DNA of 63,627 bases, filler included, from Candidatus Woesearchaeota archaeon (GCA_023266675.1; 5 parts of 5 records of this genome joined end to end with filler, not necessarily neighbours in it); one strand, 5' to 3'; shown: positions 40,184 to 49,785, counted from the whole stretch's first letter. Numbers and translations: made by a program. The notes: generated by a model not told the origin, from the letters alone.

Positions 40184-40531
40184 TTATCTTGAAGGCCGAT
40201 GCCCAAAGGAACCGCTGGACTCCTCAAATGTTCCACCTAACTCGTCCTCTTCGTCTTCTTTTTCTTTAGCAGAATAATAATTATTAGGTTTTATCCCAAG
40301 GTCAAGCGCATCTTCCTCGTCAAGAAGCTCTTTTTTCAGCTTTTTTTCAGTTCGCTTATATGAATCAGAAACGTTTAATTCAGACATTAACTCTTCAATG
40401 ACCTCCTCTTTATTTTCAGGTATTTTTACGCCAGTCATTTTCTGTTCCAAAGAAAGGTTGTCCTGTCTTGATTTAGGAATAACTCTCTTAACTGAGGTAT
40501 AATTTTTTCTGTTAATTATTTTTTTAGTCAT
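40184..40531 (-). CDS. Charged hypothetical protein with acidic C-terminus
   Basis: Start set at MTKKI; the longer start lies inside the adjacent structured element. Confidence 0.6.
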   Translation of the reverse strand: MTKKIINRKNYTSVKRVIPKSRQDNLSLEQKMTGVKIPENKEEVIEELMSELNVSDSYKRTEKKLKKELLDEEDALDLGIKPNNYYSAKEKEDEEDELGGTFEESSGSFGHRPSR

Positions 40532-40579
40532 CTTACAAAACCATATGCTGAGCGATATTAAATAGTTTTTGATAAAAGT

Positions 40580-40760
40580 GGCTCTGTCCGGAATTTCCGT
40601 CTGCGCCATTATTAGCTGTTATTTGCAAAGCAAATAATGGCTTGGCCAGACGTAACTGAATGAGCGTTTCGATGAAAATAAAATTTTCAGCGTGCCAAAA
40701 ATCTTTAATTTTTGTGCATTTTAGCGAATGAAGTGGAGTAGTGGAATTTCGGACAGAGCC
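40580..40760. repeat. 181-nt element with terminal inverted repeats and nested hairpins (MITE-like or structured ncRNA)
   Basis: GGCTCTGTCCG(GAATTTCC) pairs with (GGAATTT)CGGACAGAGCC. Internal stems CGTCTG/CAGACG, TTATTTGC/GCAAATAA, TGAAAAT/ATTTTCA and CAAAAAT/ATTTTTG. Confidence 0.7.
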
Positions 40761-40782
40761 GATAAAGATAGTAATGAATGTA

Positions 40783-41316
40783 TTAATGTTTTTCTTTGTG
40801 CCCAAAAGAAGGCTTATGCGAGAGATAGTTTGCAGCAGCGATAAGAAGTATGCCTATTGCAAGATATAAAATGCTCAAAGGCGTTTCAAATGTCATCATG
40901 ATGACCTGCTTAAAGAAATACACTATAAGTATTATGATTATTACTTTTGTAAGCACTCCTTTCAAATCCTCAAGGGAATGAAACGTGAGCCACTTAGGAA
41001 AAGGAAGCGATTTGTCATCAATAAAATCTATTTTGCTAATAAACAATTCATATATTCCAAGCGCAATTATTATAAGGATTATTCCAAGCAGGAACTCATC
41101 AATTGAAGCAATCAGATAAACTACGATAACATTTGTTTTTAGTGCAGTTCCATCTTCAAATGAGTGCTTTATCTCGTTGAATGCTTCCATATTGCTGTGA
41201 ACGCCAAGATAAAACGCTGCCAAAGATGATATCATCAGTGAGAAAATTGCTATTAGTATAATGAATCGAAAGCTCCATAATGATTTTTCAAACTTTTGCT
41301 CAATCTTTCCTGCCAT
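40783..41316 (-). CDS. YqhA/UPF0114-family membrane protein
   Basis: FE..LW..R, ID.FL.GI...I..LG.YELFISKID, WL...SL.DLK..L.KVI. Confidence 0.88.
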   Translation of the reverse strand: MAGKIEQKFEKSLWSFRFIILIAIFSLMISSLAAFYLGVHSNMEAFNEIKHSFEDGTALKTNVIVVYLIASIDEFLLGIILIIIALGIYELFISKIDFIDDKSLPFPKWLTFHSLEDLKGVLTKVIIIILIVYFFKQVIMMTFETPLSILYLAIGILLIAAANYLSHKPSFGHKEKH

Positions 41317-41438
41317 TAAAGTACATAAAGCGTGCTTATTAATAAAGGTTTATTTCAAAAAGGAGAAATAGAGCAATAAACAAGTGAAGACCTTATCCCA
41401 AAATATTTATAAATAACCTATGCGTCTAAAATTCTGAA

Positions 41439-43595
41439 ATGAAAATACTTGCAATGCATTCTGATTATATAACATTTGAGCCCACAAAAAAAGCCATAAA
41501 ATCCGCCGAGGACATAGTTGAAGAAAAAAAGAGAATCGAAGAATGTCTTGTAATCTTTACATCAGTTGAAGAGGATGACAGCAAAAACAGCGAGCTTGCT
41601 TCACAAAAATTAGTCGCTGAAGCAAAAAAGATTGCAGACTCCGTTAAAACAAAAAAAATTGTTCTATACCCTTACGCGCACCTCTCATCAAAACTTGCAA
41701 AGCCTGATGTGGCAATAGCTGTCATGAAGAAAGCTGAAGAGCTTTTGAAAAATGAAGATTATGAAGTTTCTCGAGCGCCTTTTGGATGGTACAAAGCTTT
41801 TGAAATTAAATGCAAAGGACACCCTCTCGCAGAACTCTCACGGCAGATAAATGTTGAGGAAGAAAAAAAAGAAGGAAAAGAAGAAGGATTCTTTGTAGAC
41901 TCAAAAAAACTAAATGACAAGGAGAAAGTCAACCTCACAACATCACTTGTTGTAGGAAAAGCGATAAAGGAATTGTTTCCTGAAGCAGAAATTGGGATAA
42001 TCGGGTTTTACCACGACTCATCATTTGTTGACGTTGCAGGCGTACGGCTAAAGACTGAGGACATACCAAGGATAGACGCCAAGGTAAAGAACATAATAAA
42101 CCACAGAGTAAAGATAACAAAAGCATCAAAAGAAGAGATTAAAGGAAAATACCAAAAATTAGTCAACGAAGAGACTGGCGCTGAAGGATACAAGATAGAC
42201 AACCTAACTGTCGCCCCATTGTTTTTGCACCCGTTCTGCGAAGACGCGTCAGAAATTCACTCATTCAAAGTTTTAAATCTTGCAAGCGCATACTGGAAAA
42301 ACAACTCAAAAAACCCGCAGCTTGTAAGAATCTATTCTGTAGGATTCAAGACGACACTAGAGATGGATGAGTATATTAAAAAACATGAAGAAGCAGAAAA
42401 AAGAGACCATCGAAACATCACTAAAGAGCTTGACTTGGTTTACTTTCACGAATATGCTCCTGGTGCACCATTCTTTTTAAAAAAAGGCACAATAATGTAT
42501 AATCTCCTTATCGAATTTATAAGAGAGGAATATGAAAAGAGAGGATATGATGAAGTCATAACGCCACAGATGTACAACAAGAAGCTTTGGGAGATAAGCG
42601 GACACTGGGACCATTACAAGGAAAACATGTTCATAATAAACGTTGAAGGTCAGGAGCACAGCCTAAAGCCTATGAACTGCCCGTCACACTGCCTAATCTA
42701 CAAGAGAGACATCAAAAGCTACAAAGACCTTCCTTTAAGAATTGCTGACTTTTGCAACCTCCACCGAAACGAGCTTTCAGGAACACTCGCTGGACTCACA
42801 CGTGTACGAAAATTTTCGCAGGATGACGGACACATATTCTGCCGTTTTGACCAGATAGAAAAAGAAGTCTTGGAAGTGCTTGAATTCATCAAGTATGTAT
42901 GGACGAAAGTGTTTGACTTTAAGCTAACTTATTATCTGTCAACACGACCAGAAAAGGCGCTTGGAACAAAGGAGCTCTGGGACAGCGCAGAAGAAATACT
43001 ATCAAACGCTTTAAAAAAAGCAGGTATACAATACCATCTAAAACCTGGGGACGGAGCATTCTACGGACCAAAAATAGACATGGACATTGAAGATGCTTTG
43101 GGTCGAAAATGGCAGTGCCCAACATGCCAGCTTGATTTTAACTTACCTAAAAGATTTGAACTAACGTATGAAGGCGAAGACGGCAAAAAACACGAACCTG
43201 TAATGATTCACCGTGCAGTTCTTGGGTCCTTGGAAAGATTCTTTGGAATGATGACAGAGCATTACTCAGGAAAATTTCCACTATGGCTCTCGCCAATACA
43301 GGTTGAGCTAGTCACGGTTACCGACAGAAACATAGACTTCGCAAATGAAGTAAAAGAAAAAATGAAGAAAAGAGGAATACGTGTGGAAGTTGACAGCCGG
43401 TCTGAGACAATAGGCAAGAAAGTGAGGGATGCTCAGGCTCTAAAAATAAATTATATTATTACAATTGGCGACAAAGAAGTTGAGAAAAAAACGCTTGCTG
43501 TAAGAAGCCGTGACAATGAAGTGCGTTTTGACGTCAATATTAATGAGTTCATAGATGAATTAATTTTAGAAATCAAAGAAAAAAGAATAAGATAA
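41439..43595 (+). CDS. thrS: Threonyl-tRNA synthetase: archaeal N-terminal editing domain, degenerate SAD-like domain and bacterial-type catalytic core
   Basis: YPYAHLS, RAPFGWYKAF and KGHPL; then AYWK.....QL.RIY, RDHR, LKPMNCP.H, HRNE.SG.L.GL.RVR.F.QDD.H, GAFYGPK.D and MIHRA.LGS.ERF. Confidence 0.97.
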   Translation: MKILAMHSDYITFEPTKKAIKSAEDIVEEKKRIEECLVIFTSVEEDDSKNSELASQKLVAEAKKIADSVKTKKIVLYPYAHLSSKLAKPDVAIAVMKKAEELLKNEDYEVSRAPFGWYKAFEIKCKGHPLAELSRQINVEEEKKEGKEEGFFVDSKKLNDKEKVNLTTSLVVGKAIKELFPEAEIGIIGFYHDSSFVDVAGVRLKTEDIPRIDAKVKNIINHRVKITKASKEEIKGKYQKLVNEETGAEGYKIDNLTVAPLFLHPFCEDASEIHSFKVLNLASAYWKNNSKNPQLVRIYSVGFKTTLEMDEYIKKHEEAEKRDHRNITKELDLVYFHEYAPGAPFFLKKGTIMYNLLIEFIREEYEKRGYDEVITPQMYNKKLWEISGHWDHYKENMFIINVEGQEHSLKPMNCPSHCLIYKRDIKSYKDLPLRIADFCNLHRNELSGTLAGLTRVRKFSQDDGHIFCRFDQIEKEVLEVLEFIKYVWTKVFDFKLTYYLSTRPEKALGTKELWDSAEEILSNALKKAGIQYHLKPGDGAFYGPKIDMDIEDALGRKWQCPTCQLDFNLPKRFELTYEGEDGKKHEPVMIHRAVLGSLERFFGMMTEHYSGKFPLWLSPIQVELVTVTDRNIDFANEVKEKMKKRGIRVEVDSRSETIGKKVRDAQALKINYIITIGDKEVEKKTLAVRSRDNEVRFDVNINEFIDELILEIKEKRIR

Positions 43596-43635
43596 ATGCG
43601 AGAGTAAACTAAAAAAAAGATAAAAGGTGGTATTT

Positions 43636-43818
43636 ATGGAACAAAATGTTGGAAAAGCAGATAAAATAACAAGAGCTGTCGTGGCGGTTATATTCTTAAT
43701 TTTAGGATACAGGCTTCACTGGGCATTTTATGCGCTGGCAGGAGTGATGATATTAGTTGCATTTACAGGTTTTTGCCCTATATATTCATTATTTAAGATG
43801 AATACGAATAAAAAATAA
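43636..43818 (+). CDS. DUF2892/YgaP-like membrane protein
   Basis: NVG..D...R, two TM helices, GFCP.Y..F..NT. Confidence 0.88.
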   Translation: MEQNVGKADKITRAVVAVIFLILGYRLHWAFYALAGVMILVAFTGFCPIYSLFKMNTNKK

Positions 43819-43914
43819 TTTTTTTTAATAATTTCTTTAATTTTATTTAAAAATATGATAAAGAAGATTATACCAATAGAAATCTTTAAAAACACTTCGT
43901 GATTTCTAAAATAC

Positions 43915-44211
43915 ATGCCAGAAAGAAAAGGTGGAAACAGAAGAAAAACGAGACAGAAGTTCTCAAAAAGTCTTCGAGAAAAGGGAAAGATCTCACTTAA
44001 GAACTACTTTCAGGAGTTTGAAACAGGGGATAAAGTCACATTACTTATTGAGCCTGCAATACAGAAAGGAATGTATCATCGAAAATTCTACTCAAAAACA
44101 GGCGACGTCAGTGGAAAACAGGGAGAATGTTACCTTGTTGAGATACTTGACGGAAAAATGAAGAAGAAAGTCATTGTTCACCCTGTTCATATGAAGAGGG
44201 TCAAAAAATGA
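43915..44211 (+). CDS. rpl21e: 50S ribosomal protein eL21
   Basis: G.RRKTR, F..GDKV, KGM.H..F...TG.V.G.QG..Y.V...DG...K..IVHPVH. Confidence 0.95.
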   Translation: MPERKGGNRRKTRQKFSKSLREKGKISLKNYFQEFETGDKVTLLIEPAIQKGMYHRKFYSKTGDVSGKQGECYLVEILDGKMKKKVIVHPVHMKRVKK

Positions 44212-44561
44212 ACCCTAAAATAATTTCTGAAGAGCCAATGAATATGGCAACTGTAAAAGTTGAACTTGAAAAAATCAGAAAAAGAGATACAGAACTTAAT
44301 ATGAGGGCCAATAAGACAGAAGAATATATCCATCAATGCTTTATTTTGAAAAAAAAGGAAGCTGAAGAGTTATACGAAAAAATAAATAAGATGGAGATAT
44401 CACGACTAAAGGATATTCACATTCATAAAATAATAGATATAATGCCTGCAACAGCCGAAGAGCTGAAATCACTTCTAACAGGATACACAATATCCTTGTC
44501 AGGCGAAAATCTGAAAAAGATTCTTGATGCGGTGGCTGAGTACCTCCCGCAAAAAAAATAA
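44208..44561 (+). CDS. rpo4: RNA polymerase subunit Rpo4 (RpoF)
   Basis: KIIDIMP....EL and the conserved rpl21e-rpoF-DUF655 gene order. Confidence 0.88.
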   Translation: MNPKIISEEPMNMATVKVELEKIRKRDTELNMRANKTEEYIHQCFILKKKEAEELYEKINKMEISRLKDIHIHKIIDIMPATAEELKSLLTGYTISLSGENLKKILDAVAEYLPQKK

Positions 44562-44644
44562 ATTCTTTAAAAAAACACGAAAAAATGGGTGTTTTACAAA
44601 AGGTTTATAAATTTAAAAGTTATTAATGATAACAGGGGGTTACA

Positions 44645-45214
44645 ATGCAAACAATACAAGCAAAGCAAAAAGAAGAATACACAATAATATTGGATTTTCT
44701 GCCAAACGGCTATCCTTTTGACAACACCCCTTCACACAGAAAAACATCAATAGCTCAGGCTTTAGGCGAAGAGCATTTTTCATTATTAGAACTTGTGCCA
44801 AAGAAAGATATTGCATTAACACAGCATCAGAGAGTATACATTGGCGAAGGAAAAAGGGATGAAATCCACCACATAAACGGAAAACTTCCACTTGACAAAC
44901 TGACAGGCGGCGCAAAAAGCGAGCTTGAATTCGTGCTTAACGACCTTGTAACAAAGAATGAAGGGAAATTTATTGAGTTCTTCAATAAGAGCCAACCACT
45001 CTCAACAAGAATGCATCAGCTTGAACTGCTGCCTGGCCTTGGAAAAAAGCACATGTGGGAGATAATTGAGGAAAGACGAGGCGAGCCTTTCAAAAGCTTT
45101 GAAGACTTGAAAACAAGAGTTAAACTCATGCCTGACCCTAGAAAAATGATAGTCAAAAGGATAATCATGGAAATTTCCGGCCAGGAAAAGCATAACCTGT
45201 TTGTAAGGGAATAA
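44645..45214 (+). CDS. DUF655 putative RNA-binding protein
   Basis: ILDFL..G, AQALG...F.LLEL, FFN.S.P...RMHQLELLPG.GKK HhH. Confidence 0.92.
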   Translation: MQTIQAKQKEEYTIILDFLPNGYPFDNTPSHRKTSIAQALGEEHFSLLELVPKKDIALTQHQRVYIGEGKRDEIHHINGKLPLDKLTGGAKSELEFVLNDLVTKNEGKFIEFFNKSQPLSTRMHQLELLPGLGKKHMWEIIEERRGEPFKSFEDLKTRVKLMPDPRKMIVKRIIMEISGQEKHNLFVRE

Positions 45215-45286
45215 TTTTATTAACTTTTTCTTTGTAATTAATATTATATCAATAAGTTTTTTAATAAATGATGAATTAGTGCTATT

Positions 45287-46441
45287 ATGGCCAAAGTGAT
45301 TTCATTAAAAAAAGAAAAAGACGTCTACATTGCAGAGTTTGACAACACTATTTTTAGGCCTGCAGGAGGCGGGCAGCCGTCAGACAAAGGACGTGTGCAA
45401 AACAGTGAATTCTTTGGTGAAATGATTGAAGTAGTAAAAGAAGGAGATAAATTTCTGCATAAAATAATATGCACAAAAGGAATACTTAACGTCAACGATG
45501 AAGTCGAACTAGTACTCAATGAAAAAAGGCGAAATCTCTTAACTAGGATGCATACAGCCGAACACCTGCTGTTTAAAAGCCTTCAGACTTTCATAAAAGA
45601 CCTAAAGCTTGACAAGATTTCGCTTGAGGAAAATGAAAGCAGCATTTTTGTATTCTCAGAGAATATAATGTGGGATAATCTGTTCAAAGCAGAAGAGCTT
45701 GCAAACAAAATAATAAAAGAGGACAGAAAGATAAGCGTTCATGTTTACACAAAGAATGACGTTGAAAATATTTCAGAGTTAAGGATAAAGCTTGACAGGA
45801 TAAAAGAGGAAACGGTAAGAGTGACTGAAATAGAAAACTTTGACTTAAGCGCGTGCTCAGGAACACACTGCCACACAACAAAAGAAATTGAAAATGTTCT
45901 CATATCCGGTTTTTATACAGCCAATGATGGCTATGAGATAAAATTTAAAGTTAATGTTATTGAAGAATTGTATGAATTGTCAAAACCTGCAAGAGAATTA
46001 AGAAAACTTCTTTCAACAAATGATAAGGTTGTGCAGACAGTAAAAAATCTGAAAGAAGAGAATGAGAAAATAAAGAAACAACTAAGAGAGATTATGAAAG
46101 CATCACTTGAGGGTATAGAACATGAAGTTATTAATGGAATCAAATTTTTTAAAATGGAATTCACTGATTATGAAATGGAGATATTAATTAAGAAAGCGGG
46201 TGAGTTAACTAATGAAAAATCAGTAGTGGTTTTTATCAATAAAACAAAGAAAACAAACCAACTGGTAATAACAGTAAGTAAAGACATTAATTACGATGCA
46301 TCATTGATATTGAAAGATATCACGTCAAGATATAACGGACGCGGCGGCGGAAAAAAAGAGTTTTCAATGGGAAGCTTTGAAGGTGACGCGAAACAGGTTT
46401 TTGAGGAAATAAAAAGAATAATAAAAATAGGAAATTATTAA
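45287..46441 (+). CDS. alaX: AlaX-family tRNA editing protein with C-Ala/DHHA1 domain
   Basis: T.F.P.GGGQPSD.G, RMHTAEHLL (HxxxH), ACSGTH (CxxxH) and GRGGGK. Confidence 0.9.
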   Translation: MAKVISLKKEKDVYIAEFDNTIFRPAGGGQPSDKGRVQNSEFFGEMIEVVKEGDKFLHKIICTKGILNVNDEVELVLNEKRRNLLTRMHTAEHLLFKSLQTFIKDLKLDKISLEENESSIFVFSENIMWDNLFKAEELANKIIKEDRKISVHVYTKNDVENISELRIKLDRIKEETVRVTEIENFDLSACSGTHCHTTKEIENVLISGFYTANDGYEIKFKVNVIEELYELSKPARELRKLLSTNDKVVQTVKNLKEENEKIKKQLREIMKASLEGIEHEVINGIKFFKMEFTDYEMEILIKKAGELTNEKSVVVFINKTKKTNQLVITVSKDINYDASLILKDITSRYNGRGGGKKEFSMGSFEGDAKQVFEEIKRIIKIGNY

Positions 46442-46471
46442 ATTATAAAGTCATATAAAAGAGAAGATAAA

Positions 46472-46630
46472 ATGAATAAAAAAACATGCAACAAAGATGA
46501 ATTATGCAGCGCAATTGAAGAAGTTATTAAAGAAAAGCCAAAAGAAGTATCCGAAGTTATTAAACGACAGAAAAGAAAGAAAGAGGAAGATGAAGAGATG
46601 TTTACAACAGATATTGGAGAAGATGATTAA
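46472..46630 (+). CDS. Small charged protein (52 aa)
   Basis: Below cutoff. MNKKTCNKDELCSAIEEVIKEKPKEVSEVIKRQKRKKEEDEEMFTTDIGEDD. Confidence 0.55.
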   Translation: MNKKTCNKDELCSAIEEVIKEKPKEVSEVIKRQKRKKEEDEEMFTTDIGEDD

Positions 46631-46716
46631 AAGCTATTTCTAAAATTAATATTTTTCATTAAACCTTATGTTTATATATCATAAAAACATATAATTACAT
46701 ATAGAGGGGGATAAAA

Positions 46717-46890
46717 ATGCAAGTCAAACTTGATGTTAAAAGAGAACTTGGCTTAGCCATCCAGAAAGTATTGGATGATGAGAAGATGAAAGAGGAATCC
46801 GTAAATTCCAAGAAACCTGTAAAAAGAAGAGGTCTTGAGGATGAGAATATAATCTTTACAAGTTACCCTGTTGGGAGCGAATCATCATAA
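46717..46890 (+). CDS. Small charged protein (57 aa)
   Basis: Below cutoff. TTTATATA box and SD GAGGGGG; MQVKLDVKRELGLAIQKVLDDEKMKEESVNSKKPVKRRGLEDENIIFTSYPVGSESS. Confidence 0.6.
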   Translation: MQVKLDVKRELGLAIQKVLDDEKMKEESVNSKKPVKRRGLEDENIIFTSYPVGSESS

Positions 46891-46902
46891 GAAGAAAGGT
46901 TA

Positions 46903-48345
46903 TTAATTAATCGTAAATCCGTTTAAGTTTATTGGTTTGTCTTGGATAAATGTAATTGAAGATTTTAGCGCAATTTCCGCCTTAAGAAGCTCCTGGGAAA
47001 CATAACCAAGATGGTCACTTCGTGAAAGAAGTCCAAGTTTTGCAATCTTTTGCATTAATACTCTTGCAGAAGTTCCTTTAAAACTCATCAAACTTTCACC
47101 ATTTGAATTTAATTCTGCAACAATATTATTCTCTTCAATCCATATGTTAATGTTTCCACGGGGGTCCATATCTTTTTTTTCATTAAAATAGTTCTTGTTT
47201 TCGAGGATATGAGAATTTATTATCTCCTCAGCGTCATTCCAATCTTCTTCATATATATGTGCTGAGTTTACCGTTATCATAAGTTTTCCAACTTGAAATC
47301 CTGTTGCCGTAGCGATATGTTTTTGCACGCCAATCAGCCCAAACACGTTAGGTATCCCTGCTTTAAAGATATCCTGAGATCTGAATGTGGCAAATAGATG
47401 AATCTTTTCGTCAGCAATAATCTGAATTTGGGTTAAACATGGCGGTGAACTAAGTGTTTCATCAATCGGTGGAAATATTGTTGTTGCAACTGCCCTCCTC
47501 GAATTGGAACAGCTTTTTATTTTTTCAATTAAAAATTGAATCTGATCAACAGATTCCGCAGGATATTTCCCGAGGCGCTGCCCATAAGTATATGAGGTTC
47601 CATCAGGGACATCTGTTTTTAGAAATTGTTTTTGGTATCTGTCAAGCATGTCTTTTTCAAGACCTATCTTTTTGCATAAATGTGAATTCCAATCTAGAAA
47701 TTCCATATCTGGCTCTTCAATCACCCATGATATTCCTTTAATTTCCTTCTGCATATTTCCGTACTCTGTCTTTTTTATATTACCATACCTGACTACTTTA
47801 ACAACTGTTTTAACCCACGAATCAAGAATATTTTCTCCTCTTACAACCCAGCCTATATCCTCGCTTGGAAAAGGAAGTTTTGTGTTTCTTTTAGGTTCAG
47901 GAAAACTTACTTGGTTCATGATTCCATCTCCATTTAATGGCCTGTCAAGCCCTTCATGAAGATTTTGCAGGGAATATGAAGAGATGTCGATAAGTTCAAC
48001 GTGTAGAATAAGTTTTTCCAAAGCGTCTTTATCAATCTCTTTTTGCACAGAAGAAAAGTCTCCTTCCCAAACTTTAAGAAGTGTTTTCCATCCCTGTTCA
48101 CCTATTGGTGTTTTGGATAAAGGATTATTTGACCAGACAAAAAGCTGCTTAACGTTCGGATTTAAAAACAAATTTCGCAATAGAATAGATACTCCTTCAA
48201 TGCTGTAAAGGCTGCTGATAATTGCGCATTTCTCAGTTAAAGTTGGATGAAGTTTTAGGATGGTATTAGGATCGCTCCAGCATGTACAAAGTGACTTGTC
48301 TCCTTTTCCTTCAATAACTGAATATTTCTGCGGTAGGTAAAGCAT
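46903..48345 (-). CDS. MtrA-like domain, thymidylate-synthase-fold domain and DUF4346-like C-terminal domain
   Basis: CT.W, AII.SLY...GV..LLRNL..NPNV; YTYGQRL, DQI, SRRA, PPCL, FRSQD....IPN, SAHIYE; DPRG...I, SR.DH.GY...EL.KAE.AL.....F.QD. Start is ATG 48345 or GTG 48366. Confidence 0.85.
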   Translation of the reverse strand: MLYLPQKYSVIEGKGDKSLCTCWSDPNTILKLHPTLTEKCAIISSLYSIEGVSILLRNLFLNPNVKQLFVWSNNPLSKTPIGEQGWKTLLKVWEGDFSSVQKEIDKDALEKLILHVELIDISSYSLQNLHEGLDRPLNGDGIMNQVSFPEPKRNTKLPFPSEDIGWVVRGENILDSWVKTVVKVVRYGNIKKTEYGNMQKEIKGISWVIEEPDMEFLDWNSHLCKKIGLEKDMLDRYQKQFLKTDVPDGTSYTYGQRLGKYPAESVDQIQFLIEKIKSCSNSRRAVATTIFPPIDETLSSPPCLTQIQIIADEKIHLFATFRSQDIFKAGIPNVFGLIGVQKHIATATGFQVGKLMITVNSAHIYEEDWNDAEEIINSHILENKNYFNEKKDMDPRGNINIWIEENNIVAELNSNGESLMSFKGTSARVLMQKIAKLGLLSRSDHLGYVSQELLKAEIALKSSITFIQDKPINLNGFTIN

Positions 48346-48428
48346 AGGAATAGAGTAGGAAAGCACGTATTTAAGATATGTGACATATATTCATTAAATT
48401 TATATATTATATCTTAATATTTGTCAGT

Positions 48429-49091
48429 ATGGACACAATTACAGATGAAGTCATTAATTATATTCTTAGAGATGTTTCCTTAAGAAGAAGTTTAACACGC
48501 GGATATATTAATACTAGAGCGCTTGCAAAGTATATTCAAACACAGCTGCATTTATCATGCAGCATTGATGCAGTAATAACAGCAATTAGAAGGTTTCAGG
48601 AAAAACACGAGTTCAAAGATGATATAAAAAATATTTACCGCCAGATTGCATGCGTAAAATTCACTTCTCGCTCAGGCATGTGTTCATTGCTGCTTAAAAA
48701 AACGAAAGATGTACGAGAGAATTTGGAAAACATTAATAATAAAGTTAATGTAAACAACGGTGAAGTCATACGCCATTTTGAAGTCAGCCAATACATAAAA
48801 ATAATTGTTGATATCTCAAATCTTACAAAGATTATAGAGTTCTTTAAGAAAACAGATATAATAAAAGTTGAAAAGAATCTTTGTGAAATCATCCTTATGT
48901 TTGAAAAGGATATAGGAGATACTCCCGGAATATTCGCGGTTCTTAGCAGTGAGTTTGCAATGAATCAGGTAAGCATTCGCGATACGCTTGTATGCGGAAG
49001 CGAGCAGATTATCTTGCTTGACCAGAAAAACCTTCTTGCATCGCTTCAGATACTAAACACAATCGTTGTGTGGGCAGAGAAGACAAAGTAA
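48429..49091 (+). CDS. ACT-domain protein with N-terminal helical/HTH-like region
   Basis: L..G.IN..ALA..I, AV..AIRR, TPG.FA.L...FA..QVSI and E..I.L. Confidence 0.8.
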   Translation: MDTITDEVINYILRDVSLRRSLTRGYINTRALAKYIQTQLHLSCSIDAVITAIRRFQEKHEFKDDIKNIYRQIACVKFTSRSGMCSLLLKKTKDVRENLENINNKVNVNNGEVIRHFEVSQYIKIIVDISNLTKIIEFFKKTDIIKVEKNLCEIILMFEKDIGDTPGIFAVLSSEFAMNQVSIRDTLVCGSEQIILLDQKNLLASLQILNTIVVWAEKTK

Positions 49092-49165
49092 AGATATCAA
49101 ACAAATAACCACTAGAATAAATTTAATAAATAGAAAATATTAAAAAAAATAAAAAATTAGAAGTT

Positions 49166-49744
49166 TTATTTAGCCATTCTGTCGCGAGCTCTGTTTGATG
49201 GTCTTATTTTTTCGGCGCCTTTTCCTTTATTCATTAGGCCTCTTGACCGTCTAGCTGCTGACGTTAATCCTCTAAATACTCTCTTTTCGTGCTGTGGCTG
49301 GCATATCCAGTTCAAATCTTTGTCTGCGATTATTGCAGGATGGAATTTGTCTACCATTATTACTTCAAACCATTTTTCCTGTCCGTCTTCTGCTACCCAG
49401 TATGAATTTAAGACTTCCATGTTTGGATACTTTACTGCTGCTCTTTCTTCAGCTATCTGCTGGTAATTTTTAGAAACGATTTTTTTTCTTCTTTGAGTCT
49501 TTGTTCTTCTTCCTTTGACGCCGGACTCCCTCATTCTGTGTGATACTGGAATTCTTTGTCGAACAATTATTATTCCTTCTTTTGCTTTGTAGCCGCAGCT
49601 TCTTGCTCGGTCAAGTCTTGTTGGCCGCTCAATTCTTACAGTTGTGTCTTCTTTTCTCCATTCAATCATTCGCTGCTTTAAAGCAACATCTACGCTGTCG
49701 TATGGTTTTTTCCACGCGTCTCTTATATGTTTGTATATTCCCAT
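49166..49744 (-). CDS. rpl15e: 50S ribosomal protein eL15
   Basis: WR.E....[23 protein letters not shown]...[14 protein letters not shown] and RVFRGLTSA. Start MGIYK. Confidence 0.97.
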   Translation of the reverse strand: MGIYKHIRDAWKKPYDSVDVALKQRMIEWRKEDTTVRIERPTRLDRARSCGYKAKEGIIIVRQRIPVSHRMRESGVKGRRTKTQRRKKIVSKNYQQIAEERAAVKYPNMEVLNSYWVAEDGQEKWFEVIMVDKFHPAIIADKDLNWICQPQHEKRVFRGLTSAARRSRGLMNKGKGAEKIRPSNRARDRMAK

Positions 49745-49785
49745 TTTATTTGCCTCCGTTGTTAAGTTATGCAGTTTATGCATTT

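Noticed and set aside
40580..40760. RNase P RNA or SRP RNA
   Set aside because: Universal conserved motifs were not found on either strand.
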